Under the pieces are notes generated by a model. It was not told the DNA's origin and ran no database searches. It saw only the letters and a list, made by a program, of their open reading frames with translations. This document shows, in pieces, positions 48,940 to 59,946 of a stretch of DNA of 64,000 nucleotides. How positions within the stretch are numbered: the first letter of the stretch is position 1; every line of letters starts with the position of its first letter. Both the position numbers and the translations under genes were made by a program. Origin of the DNA: an uncultured delta proteobacterium (GTDB taxonomy: Bacteria > Myxococcota_A > Polyangia > Fen-1088); the NCBI GenBank assembly GCA_963796685.1, contig CAWCMR010000005.1:192001-256000 (forward strand), read 5' to 3'.

Positions 48940-49635
48940 TTCGGTCACGGCCTCGGCCACGGGACGGCTACGACCAAGGCGACAGGAGTCGTGGCCGTGG
49001 TCGTGGCCGTGGCCGACCTTCGTCGTCACGGCCAAGCAACTTTTTCCTTTGTCTCGCCGAAACTCATACATGTTCGGCTTCCAGAAACTCGATGTGTATC
49101 GTTGCGCGGTGACCTTCCTCGGCGTGTCTTCCTCGCTCGCCGAGCGGGTTCCGCGCGGTCATGGTGACCTTGCAGACCAGCTTCGTCGGGCCGCGCTCTC
49201 GGTTCCGCTCAACGTGGCCGAGGGAAGCGGCAAGGGCACGATGAAGGACCGTGATGCCCGCCGGTTCTATGCCATCGCAAGGGGCTCGGCCCTCGAGTGT
49301 GCGGCCATCGTGGACGCCCTGGAGACTTTGCGATTCGTGCCGGCCGACGAGGCAGATCGAACGCGCGAGCTGCTGGAACGCATCGTCTCGATGCTCACGC
49401 GCATGGCTGGGATCAGGGAGTAACGTCAAAAGTGTCCGGCCACGGCCACGGGACGGCGGCGACCAAGGCGACCTGCGCGCGCGGCAGGACGTAGGCTGGA
49501 GCGTAGTCGTGGTAGTCAAGAATGTCCGGCCACGGCCACGGGGACGTCTACGACCACGGCGACCTTCGGGGCCGAAGGCAAGGGTCGTGGCCATGGTCGT
49601 GGCCGTGGTCGTCACCGTGGCCGTAGTCGTGGCCG
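48940..49635. repeat. GGCCGT/GGTCGT hexamer-based palindromic repeats on both sides of the four-helix-bundle gene
   Basis: CACGGC runs facing GTGGCC/GTGGTC runs at 48940-49033 and 49430-49635; duplicated TGTCCGGCCACGGCCACGGGACG. Confidence 0.8.
49070..49423 (+). CDS. Four-helix-bundle protein (23S rRNA IVP / TIGR02436 family)
   Basis: FQKLDVY...LADQLRRAALSVPLNVAEGSG...FYAIARGSALEC. Confidence 0.9.
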   Translation: MFGFQKLDVYRCAVTFLGVSSSLAERVPRGHGDLADQLRRAALSVPLNVAEGSGKGTMKDRDARRFYAIARGSALECAAIVDALETLRFVPADEADRTRELLERIVSMLTRMAGIRE

Positions 49636-49684
49636 GAGCTCATCCTCTCCGTCCGCGACCACATTGGGTTACAATCCTTGCCTC

Positions 49685-51067
<1,383 letters not shown>

Positions 51068-51094
51068 GCACCATCTGCACGGGGTCCGTCGACG

Positions 51095-54000
51095 TCAGCC
51101 ATGCGCCGTGTGCTGGCGGGCGAGCTCGAGGATGCGGCGATGTTCGGGGATGCGGGTGAGAAAGGACTCGCGCATGGCAGGGTCGTCGATGGTTTGGGCG
51201 CGGGCGTGGAGCCATTGCGCGGCGGCGGTCACCGCTGCTTGCGCGGCTGGCTGGTCCCCGGTGGCGATCAGGCACTCGGCGAGCTCCAAGCGAATGGTGG
51301 CCTCGCCGTCGTCTACAAAGCCGAGACGATCGAGCTGAGCATGTGCCTCGCGAGCGTTGGGGAGCGCTTCGTCCAGGCGACCTTGGGCAACAAGGGCGCG
51401 AGCCAGAAGGGCGAGCGCGAAGGGACGGGCGGAGGGCACTGGATCCCACGTCGTCATGGCCGCGCGAGCGAATTGCTCGGCACGTGGGTAGTCGCCCGCC
51501 AGGAACTCGGTTACCGAGAGATACGCCTCGGCAAACCCCTGAAATCGTCGATCGTTTTGAGCGCTGGTCACGGCTACAGCCTGCTCGCCAACTGCGCGTG
51601 CCTCGTCAAGCGATCCCTCGTACGCCAGGATGTTCGTCAAGGCCTGAAGACAACCTCCAAGCAGGTGCTTCATGTCCATCCTCTTGGCGGTGTTCAAGAC
51701 TTGACGCATGCGCGACTCGGCCTCTTCCAGTAGGCCGAGCTCGATGAGCGTCACTCCCAGGCTTCCAAGTGATTGGCACGCATCTCGTCGAACGCCTAAG
51801 CTCTCGAAGTGATCCGCGACGCGTCTCTGAAGTGCCACTGTCTCAGCAAGATTGCCTCTACCACGCAAGCCAAACACTCTCGATTGCATTGCTTTGCCAA
51901 CAAGGCGTGGCTCCAAGCATTCTCGTGATTCTTCCAGAAGGGCAAGGGTTCGCTCGCGCACGTCGTTGTCGCCACCAAGCGCGAGGTAAGCCGTGCCAAT
52001 CACCACGCACGTAAGCCAGGCATTCAGCAACTCAGGCTCCGCCGGTCGTTCGAGGCCCCGGAATAGCGCCGCAATCTCCTCATACTTGGCCTGCGGCCCA
52101 AGCGCATCGAAAAGCGCGCTCAGCGCACGCAATCGAATCCGGGCGTCGCTGGAAAGGAGTGCCTGCCGGCCGGCCAACTCTGCCTCTCTGTACTCGCCTC
52201 GCCAATAGTGCGCCTCCGCCTCGATCACACGCATCGCGCACAAATCCTCGCCCTCCGCGCCGAGACCCGCGGCCCGCTCGACGCGCGCAATGGCCTCCAC
52301 CAAGTCATCCGCATCGAGCGCCTGCTGCGCGGCCACGGCCAGCCAGTGAATGGCCCGCGCCTTTTCTTCCGCGCGCTCGAAGTGGTCGGCCAGCACGATG
52401 CCGTCGCGCTCTCCCGCCTGCTCCAGATACTGGCCAGCAAGCAGGTGGCCCAAACGCTCTTCCTCGGCCGGTAGCATCTCGTAGGCCGCTTGGCGCAGAA
52501 GCGCGTGGCGGAATGCATACTCGCGCAGCTCGCCGGTCGACCGCGAAAAGAGGATCTCCTGCTTTTCAAGGATGTCCAGCCAGCGGTCCACGTCCTTGCG
52601 CACGTTCCCGTCGACCAGGGCCTTGACCCCCGCGGGCCGAAAGACCTGGCCAAAGACGCTACCCGCGCGCAACACCAGCTTGGCGTCCGGGCCGAAGCCG
52701 TCGAAGCGCGCCTGCACCATGGCCAGCACGGTGTCGGGCAAGTTGCTGTCGTCGCCTACCGTGCCCCCGTCGGCCACCGCGCGCAGCAATTCCTGCAGAT
52801 AGAAAGGATTCCCTTGCGCGCGTTCCACGATCCAGCGCGCGCTCGGCTCGGAAAGGTCGGCCGCCACGTGCTCGACCATGCGCTGGCTCCAGCGCGGCGA
52901 GAGGGGCGCCAGCTTGATGTGCTGCGAGTTGCGCTCGCTCCACAAGCCGGGAAAGCGCCGTTCGACCTGGGGGCGCGCAAGCGCCAGGACCATCAGTGGT
53001 TTCTCGGCCAGCACGCGCAAGGCCGCGTCCACGAGGCTCACGCTGGGCGCGTCGCCCCAGTGCAAGTCTTCCAGCACGAGTAGCACGGGATGCTGGCTGC
53101 ACACCGCCTCGATCCATTCCAGCCAGGCCATGAGCTTCTGGTCGGCCATCAGGCGCGCGTCTTTGCGGGCCGCGCGCAAGGGCAGAAGATCGTCGTCGGG
53201 GAAGGGCAAATTGGCTAGCTCGCCAAGAAACGCCACCGTCGCCGCCGTGCGCGGGCCATCCTCTTCGGGCAGAAAGCGCGCGATATGGGCGGTCAGGAGC
53301 CTCCGCTGCTCGGCCTCGGGCTCGCCGCCGGCGATCCCGGAAGCCGCCAGCAAGGCCGGACCCAACAGCGCGAACGGCGCGCTGGCGCGCATGGGATCGC
53401 CGCGGCCGACCAGAAGCTCGAAGGGGCGGCCTCGGCCTTGGATGCGCTCGCGGAATTCATGGCAAACCCGCGATTTGCCGCCGCCCGCTGGCGCCGTCAT
53501 CAGCATCACGCGCGCCGCCGGCTCCTCGCACGTCTCGATCCACAGGGTTTCCAAGAGGTCAATCTCGCGCGCGCGGCCGAAGCAGGGCATCTCTTGCCCC
53601 ATGAGGGTCCGTGGCACTTCGGGAAGTCCCTTCTCGAACAGCAAACGCGAGGCTTCGTCCGACAGCGGCTGGAGCTCGAAACGGCTTTCAATCAGGCGGG
53701 CGGTGGGGCCATCGACGTGGATCGTCCCGACCGGGGTATTGGCCAACAAACCAGCCGCCTTGACGGTGGCTTGCTGCAACGAGAGCGTGCCCCCGGACTC
53801 GGTGCGGCTGGAGCTCATGCCCAGGCTGGACTCGGGAAAGACACTATTCAGGCGCAGCGCCAGACGCGCGGCTTGCGCGCTCTGGTCCGCGGGGATGCGC
53901 AGCCCCGTGAAGGCGACGGCCGTCAGCCCATCGGCCGTGTGCTCGGCCCGCGCACCGTAGGCGGCCAGCAAGTCCCGTAGCGCCGCTTCGCGCGTCTTAC

Positions 54001-54939
54001 CGTGATCGTCTCCCAACGCTTGCGAGAGCCCGGAAATGACCAGCACCGCGGCCACACGCTGTTCGCTCGCCGAGAGCGTCCGGCTTTGCCGCGGGGACGG
54101 CAGGTCCAATCCCGCCGCCGCCAAACCCTCGGCCACCGCGGCCAGCTCGTCGGAGAGCTTTCCGGCGTCGTCCGGCCGCTGTTCGGGTTCCAGTGCCAGC
54201 ATGGGCTCCAGCAAAGCCCGCAAAGTCTGCGGCAACGCCGAATACAGCTCGGCCAGCTCTGCATCGTCCCAGGTGTCCGTCTTGCTGCCCTGGTTTCCGT
54301 GCCAGCGGGGCGGCTTGCCGGTCGCACATTCGACCAGCACACAACCCAGGGAAAAGATGTCCGCGCGCCGGTCGACCGCGTCTCCGTCGCGTGCCTGCTC
54401 GGGCGCCATGTACAGCGGCGTACCGATCGCAGTACCCGGCCGGGTCACTTGCCAATCGTCGTGCGCCCCGCGAGCAATGCCGAAGTCGAGCACCTTGACT
54501 TGGTCGAGCTCGGCCGCGGGCAAGAATAGATTGGACGGCTTGATGTCGCGGTGGACGATACCGCGCGCGTGCGCCGCAGCCAGCGCCTGCAGGACGCGGC
54601 TGCCCAGTCGAGCCGCAGCCGTGGGACCGACCGCCCCGCGCGCCAGTCGATCGGCCAGGGTCTCGCCATCCAGCCACTCCATGGCCAGGTAGGGCTCGCC
54701 CTGTGCGGTGGCCCCGTGGGCCACGTAGCGCACGATGGCCGGGTGCGCGAGCGCGGCCAGGGCTTCTGCTTCGCGCAGGAAGCGCTCGGTGGCCAGGGAT
54801 CCCTGGCGGTGCAGCACCTTCAGCGCCACCGGCTGGCCGTCCACCCGATCGCGGGCGCGGAACACCATCCCATACCTCCGCTGCCCACCAGCGCCTCGAC
54901 CTCGAAGCGCTCGCCGAAACGCCTCTGCTCGCTTGCCAC
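51095..54939 (-). pseudogene. Ser/Thr kinase - AAA ATPase - TPR protein with a 1-bp frameshift in the Gly-rich loop (~54870)
   Basis: RFEVEALVGSGGMG in ORF 54820..55020 joins MVFRARD...HRDIKPSN...DFG...GTPLYMAPE in ORF 51095..54943; APAGGGKS Walker A. May be a sequencing error. Confidence 0.75.
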
Positions 54940-55142
54940 GCACACAGGCTCCTCCCGGGTCTCGTTCAGGCCTTCATCCTTCACGGTGCCTGAACGGAAG
55001 ATACACGAAAAGGCGTTCAAGTGATGGGCATCACGCTAGACGAGCGATAGCCGCAGAAGGTCGCGGCCGTGGGGCGAAAGTTTTGCAACGTCTTGCGGAA
55101 CGGTCTTGACCAATCCGCATTGTGTTGCAGAATGGTCAGGTC

Positions 55143-56264
55143 GTGGAGCGAGCACAAACGAAAGCGATCCTTCGCGATCTCGACAAGAAGATGGTTCTCT
55201 TGTCCGGTCCCCGGCAGGTGGGTAAGTCGTACCTGGCTCGCACGCTGATGGCCGGATTCCGCGCGCCACAGTACCTCAACTACGACAGTGCCCAGGACCG
55301 CGCAGTCATCAGGGCCGAGTCCTGGCGGGGCGACACGGATCTGCTGATCCTCGACGAGCTGCACAAGCTTCCCCGCTGGAAAAGCTACCTCAAAGGAATC
55401 TACGACACGCGGGGGCCGCATCTCCGCATCCTGGTGACGGGCAGCGCCCGGCTCGAGACTTTCCGGCAATCGGGCGACAGCCTGGCTGGCCGGTATTTTC
55501 TGCACCGGCTGCTTCCGGTCTCGCCGGCCGAGGCCGGCCAGGCGGGCATCAGCGCCGGGATGGATCGTTTCCTCGATAGCGGTGGTTTTCCCGAGCCGTT
55601 CCTCTCCAATGATCCGCTGGACGTAGGGCGCTGGAGGCGGCAGTACCTGGACGGTCTGGTTCGCGAAGACATTCTCGCTTTCGACAACGTCCATGAGCTG
55701 AGGGCCATTTCCCTACTGGTCGAGCTGCTGCGCGAGCGGGTTGCGTCGCCGCTCAGCTACCAGAGCCTGGCCGAGGATCTGGGCATCGCGCCCAATACGG
55801 TCAAACGTTACGTCGAGATCCTGGAGGCGCTGTATATCGTCTTCCGCGTGCAGCCCCACACCCGCTCGATTGCGCGCTCGCTTCAGCGGCAGCCGAAGCT
55901 GTATTTCTACGACACCGGGCTGGTGAAGGGAGACGAGGGACAACGCCTGGAGAACCTGGTGGCGATGTGTCTGCAGAAGCACCTCTTCTATCTGGAGGAT
56001 CGCGACGGGAAACCGCGCTCGCTCCACTACCTGAGAACCAAGGAAGGCAAGGAGGTGGATTTCGTGACGGTCGAAAGCGGGCAGCCCCTGCTGATGGTCG
56101 AAGCCAAGGCGAGCGATCACGCCCTCACCCTCGGCTTGCGCTACTTTCGCGACCGGTACGGCATCCGCGGGGTGCAGCTCGTGGGCGATCTTCGTGTGGA
56201 GACAGAGCACGACGGGCTTTCGGTGCGCCAGGCATTCCCTTGGTTGCAGGCGTTGGAAGCGTGA
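55143..56264 (+). CDS. AAA_14 ATPase with DUF4143
   Basis: GPRQVGKS, LILDELHK, VTGS, GGFPEP, KLYFYDTG, KEVDF. Confidence 0.88.
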   Translation: MERAQTKAILRDLDKKMVLLSGPRQVGKSYLARTLMAGFRAPQYLNYDSAQDRAVIRAESWRGDTDLLILDELHKLPRWKSYLKGIYDTRGPHLRILVTGSARLETFRQSGDSLAGRYFLHRLLPVSPAEAGQAGISAGMDRFLDSGGFPEPFLSNDPLDVGRWRRQYLDGLVREDILAFDNVHELRAISLLVELLRERVASPLSYQSLAEDLGIAPNTVKRYVEILEALYIVFRVQPHTRSIARSLQRQPKLYFYDTGLVKGDEGQRLENLVAMCLQKHLFYLEDRDGKPRSLHYLRTKEGKEVDFVTVESGQPLLMVEAKASDHALTLGLRYFRDRYGIRGVQLVGDLRVETEHDGLSVRQAFPWLQALEA

Positions 56265-56339
56265 AAAGTACCCTCGGAGAGGAACTCCGCAACCTTTCCA
56301 TTGACACTGGACAGTGTTTGACTATCGTATCCACTGCCA

Positions 56340-57617
56340 ATGGAAAGACGCTTGCTCAAGGAAATCCTGCTCGACCAGCGAGCGGTCTTCGACCAGAAGC
56401 GCTCGGGAACGCGCCGGGATGTCCTTCCCGAGGTGGGGCGCCACATGGGAAAGCCTCACGCCATCACCCTGACTGGGGTCCGGCGCTGTGGCAAGTCGAC
56501 CTTGTTGCGCCAGGTCGCGGAGCAGTTCCTCTCATCCGGGTACCACTACTGCCACTTCGAAGACGAGCGACTTCTCGGTTTCGAGGCCCGGGACTTCGGG
56601 CTTTTGCATGAGGTCCTCATCGAGTGCTTCGGCGAGCAGAGGGTGATGTTGCTGGACGAGGTTCAGAATGCCCCGGGGTGGGAGACCTTCGTGCGCCGCA
56701 TGCTCGAGTCGGGGCGCAAGTTCATCATCACCGGTTCCAACGCCGCGCTCCTCTCCCGCGAGCTGGGCAGCAAGCTGACCGGTCGCCATGTCACGGTCGA
56801 CCTCTTTCCATTCTCTTTCCGCGAGTACCTGCGGCACTTGGGCGTGGATGCAAACGAAGAAATGCTGCTGCAGCCCGCTGGCCGCGCCACTCTCGCGCGC
56901 CATCTGACGACGTACCGGCTGCACGGCGGGTTTCCGGAGCCGCTGATCTACGATTCTCCCGACCTTCTCACGCAACTCTACGACGACATCCTTTACCGCG
57001 ACGTAGCCACCCGTCACGACATCAAGAACACCCGCGCCCTGCGCGAGCTGGCCCTCTACTACATGAGCAACGTGGCCACGCTGGCGTCGTTCAACAAGCT
57101 GAAGGCCTCGCTGGGTTTGGGAAGCGTCACCACGGTGTCGGCGTATACGGATTTCTTGGTGCAGGCTTTCGTTCTGGCCACGGTGCCGGTGCACGATGCT
57201 TCGGTGAAGCGACGGTCGATCGCTGCCAAGAAGGTGTATGCGGTGGATACCGGGCTGGCCAACCGGGTTTCGCTCAGCTTCTCGCACAACCTGGGCGCGC
57301 TCACCGAGAACATGGTCTTCCTGGAGCTGCTCCGGCGCGGCGCCGACGTGTCGTACTACCGGACTGCGAGCGGCCGCGAGGTCGACTTCGCATGCCGGCG
57401 CGGCCGGGCTTTGTCCAAGCTCGTCCAGGTGACCCTGTCGCTTGCCGACCCGCAGGTCCGCACGCGCGAGGTGGCCGCCATGACCGAGGCACTGGAGGAG
57501 CAGGAGCTCGACGTCGGGCTGGTGCTCACCGAGAGCGATCGTGAGGACATCGTCGTGGGCAAGCGGACGATCCAGGTACGCCCGCTGGCTGGTTGGCTCT
57601 GCGACCTCGACCGCTGA
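56340..57617 (+). CDS. AAA_14 ATPase with DUF4143 (second, divergent copy)
   Basis: GVRRCGKS, LLDEVQ, ITGSN, GGFPE, KVYAVDTG, REVDF. Confidence 0.88.
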   Translation: MERRLLKEILLDQRAVFDQKRSGTRRDVLPEVGRHMGKPHAITLTGVRRCGKSTLLRQVAEQFLSSGYHYCHFEDERLLGFEARDFGLLHEVLIECFGEQRVMLLDEVQNAPGWETFVRRMLESGRKFIITGSNAALLSRELGSKLTGRHVTVDLFPFSFREYLRHLGVDANEEMLLQPAGRATLARHLTTYRLHGGFPEPLIYDSPDLLTQLYDDILYRDVATRHDIKNTRALRELALYYMSNVATLASFNKLKASLGLGSVTTVSAYTDFLVQAFVLATVPVHDASVKRRSIAAKKVYAVDTGLANRVSLSFSHNLGALTENMVFLELLRRGADVSYYRTASGREVDFACRRGRALSKLVQVTLSLADPQVRTREVAAMTEALEEQELDVGLVLTESDREDIVVGKRTIQVRPLAGWLCDLDR

Positions 57618-57639
57618 GACAAGCCGGTTAACGCTCCGC

Positions 57640-58037
57640 TCAGCCTCCAGGAGCGGAGCACGAAGCCCCTAGAAGACCAGGGCATTTCAGACTGTGGGCG
57701 AGGCGAGCGGCCCAAGCGCGGGCGTCACCGTCGTCCAAGATCACGGTTGCATCCGGCAAGGTCAGGGCCAAGTCGAGCGCGCCACTTTCACCAACGCCAA
57801 GTTCGGAGTAGTCGTGTTCAACGACAGCCCTCCGGATTTCGATCCAGGGCTGGCGAAGGTCCGGAACCTCGTGCCCCCTCACACGGCCTTGGGCAAGCTC
57901 CTGCTCTACCTGGAAGGGGACGACGATTTTGCCAAACAGAAGCGGCAGCAGCTCAAGACGGCGCAGCAGGTGCAAGTAGATCAGCGCAGCAGGTGCAAGT
58001 AGATCAGCGGCGACGTATTCGAGACGGTCTCAGGCAC
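57640..58037 (-). pseudogene. DUF3368 PIN-like toxin broken by a 23-bp tandem duplication
   Basis: VSNTSPLIYLHLL...IVVP..V..EL...LGVGE...ILDD; GCGCAGCAGGTGCAAGTAGATCA at 57961-57983 and 57984-58006 creates an early stop. Confidence 0.8.
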
Positions 58038-58293
58038 GGGTGGACCGCAACGCCGCGAGCTCGTGGGCCAGCTCTTCCGGGCTTTCTTGGAAGGCGTTGA
58101 CGCCGAACTCCCCCAACCTATATAGGAACTCGACCCTGGTAATGCCAGCCAGGGCTGCCGCAGCGCCGGACGACAACTGCCCCAGCTCGTGTAGCTTCAT
58201 GGCCGCCGCAAGGCGCTCCCTGCCCTCTGCCTCGGATGGTGAAGGCCCCAGCGCCCGAAGGGTTACCTCTGGTAGCTCGATGGAAAGGGTCAC
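58030..58293 (-). CDS. UPF0175-family antitoxin
   Basis: AAMKLHELGQLSSGAAAALAGITRVEFL; precedes DUF3368. Confidence 0.85.
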   Translation of the reverse strand: MTLSIELPEVTLRALGPSPSEAEGRERLAAAMKLHELGQLSSGAAAALAGITRVEFLYRLGEFGVNAFQESPEELAHELAALRSTRA

Positions 58294-58820
58294 AAGTCCA
58301 AGTGTACCAGGTGGATTCTCACTCGGTGGGCTGTTTCAAGGCGGCCTCGCCCTTCGATGCGGCGAAGCACGGCCAAGACTTCGGGCGGGGTAATTTCCGC
58401 GATGGGGCGCGAGCCAATCCAGGGATAGGCGTCCTTCTCAAGCCGGCCCTTCACGCCCCTGGCGTGGGATGGTGCCCAAGTGCTCTCGAACTTCGCCAGC
58501 CACTCCTTGGCGATGGCCTCGAGGGTGTTAGTTAGCCCTGCGGTGGCTCGGGAGGCCCTCAGCGCCTGCCTGTGCGCGCTTGGGTCGATGCCATCGCGAA
58601 GAAGCTTGCGTGGCTCGTCTCGCTTCTCGCGGGCCGCGGCCAGTGTGATTTCTGGGTATGTACCAAGGGACAGCAGCTTTTCCTTCTTGGCGATGCGGTA
58701 CTTGAGCCTCCACCACTTGCCGCCGGCTGGGGCGATTTCCAAGTACATCCCGCCTATGTCGTAGAGGCGCTTCCGCTTCCCCGTGGGCTTGGCTTTCTTG
58801 CAAGCTGTCTCGGTCAGCAT
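58290..58820 (-). pseudogene. P4-like integrase, N-terminal part only (arm-binding and core-binding domains; catalytic domain missing)
   Basis: MLTETACKKAKP...GGMYLEI...GGKWWRLKYR...LSLGTYPEITLAAAREKRDE; ends after ETAHRVR. Confidence 0.85.
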
Positions 58821-59022
58821 TGGGGGTAACTCCCAGGCCCGCTTCTTCGACGGTGTGGCTTTCTTGTGCGTGGTGGGGGTAACTCCCAAGTCAGCCTCCC
58901 CGACGGTGCGGCTTTCATAAGAGCGATGGCCGCCAGCATTTGGGGGTAATTCATGGGATCCGAACCTCTTGCTTGGGGGTAACTGGTTTTCGATCCAGCG
59001 AGTTACCCCCAGGGTTACCCCC
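58821..59022. repeat. Six TGGGGGTAA/GTTACCCCC motifs, probable integrase arm-type sites
   Basis: Copies near 58821, 58875, 58941, 58975, 59001 and 59013, between the tRNA 3' end and the integrase. Confidence 0.7.
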
Positions 59023-59139
59023 ACGCTCTGGAGGCTGTCAACGAACGCAGGCGGACGCTTGCGGAGCCAAAATGCCCCTAAGTCGTTGAATTCTCTAGCG
59101 GCGGCGAACCTGTGCGGACGGCGGCGGAACCTCAGTTTG

Positions 59140-59213
59140 TGGGCGCGGCGGGACTCGAACCCACTACCCCCGGCTTCGGAGGCCGGTACTCTATCCAGAT
59201 GAGCTACGCGCCC
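59140..59213 (-). tRNA. tRNA-Arg(CCG)
   Basis: GGGCGCG acceptor stem, TAGCTCA..GGATAGAG D-arm, CCGGC-CT-CCG-AA-GCCGG anticodon arm, GGTTCGAGTCC T-arm; CCA not encoded. Confidence 0.95.
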
Positions 59214-59273
59214 GGAACCCACGATTCATAGCCCGCGCCTCGCGCCAGCGCAAGCTCGCCCCGATCCCGCTGT

Positions 59274-59360
59274 AACCGCAAAGGTCGTGGTCGCGGTCGT
59301 GGTCGTGGCCCTGGCCCTGGTCGTGGTCGTGGTCGTGGCCGTGGCCGTGGCCGTGGCCGA
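59274..59360 (+). repeat. GGTCGT/GGCCGT hexamer run
   Basis: About 12 tandem hexamers after CCGCAAAGGTCG. Confidence 0.8.
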
Positions 59361-59783
59361 TTCATCCTCGGCCACGGACGAGCAAGAAAAATCCTTGCCA
59401 GAGCAAGAAGCCACATCCTTCGCCGCGCTGGCGCATTGCATTTTCCAGGGTGGCAATGCGATGTGCCGCCATGCGTGTGCATGTACGGAACGCTCAGCCA
59501 TGTGGGTGTCACTTTTTTGACGATCAGAAGAGCGAAGCCAATTAACTGATTGAAAAGATTAGGCCGTCAATTCTATGACCATTAGCCAGTGTGTTGACGA
59601 TAACGCGGATCATGACAATTGCGCGCAACGGACGCGGCCGAAATTCATTGATGAAACTGCGCAACAACCCAAACAACCGTCAATACCATGTCCAATAGTC
59701 ACACAATTGACTTGTGTTCGGCATAATTGAGTGTTCTAATGAAGTCAGCCCATTCAATTGGCACCCAACCAAGGAGAAGGACC

Positions 59784-59852
59784 ATGAAGAAAAAGGCAGG
59801 ACTCAAGGTGAAGACCAAGGTTCGCAGCGGCGGGGGTCTCTGGCCCAGGTAA
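59784..59852 (+). CDS. Unannotated 22-aa peptide MKKKAGLKVKTKVRSGGGLWPR
   Basis: Strong RBS AAGGAGAAGG, AT-rich upstream region, downstream hairpin, GC3-type codons. Confidence 0.65.
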   Translation: MKKKAGLKVKTKVRSGGGLWPR

Positions 59853-59878
59853 TTCACCGCTCGTCATACGTGTTGATC

Positions 59879-59912
59879 GAGGACGCCGTCCCTAGGAAGG
59901 GCGGCGTTTCTC
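59879..59912 (+). terminator. Hairpin between the peptide gene and the convergent kinase gene
   Basis: ACGCCG(T)CCC-loop-GGGCGGCGT followed by TTCTC. Confidence 0.45.
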
Positions 59913-59946
59913 GTCTTGCGTCTGTGCGGCAACCTGCGCTGCACGA

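Noticed and set aside
49070-49423. Diversity-generating retroelement (Avd-like fold)
   Set aside because: No reverse transcriptase and no TR/VR pair with adenine-specific mismatches seen in the window
55000-59140. Second att site of the tRNA-Arg island
   Set aside because: I found no duplicate of the tRNA 3' end by eye, so the island boundary is not called
58821-59222. 5' extension of ORF 58290..59222
   Set aside because: It runs through the tRNA and att-arm repeats; integrase similarity starts at the ATG at 58820
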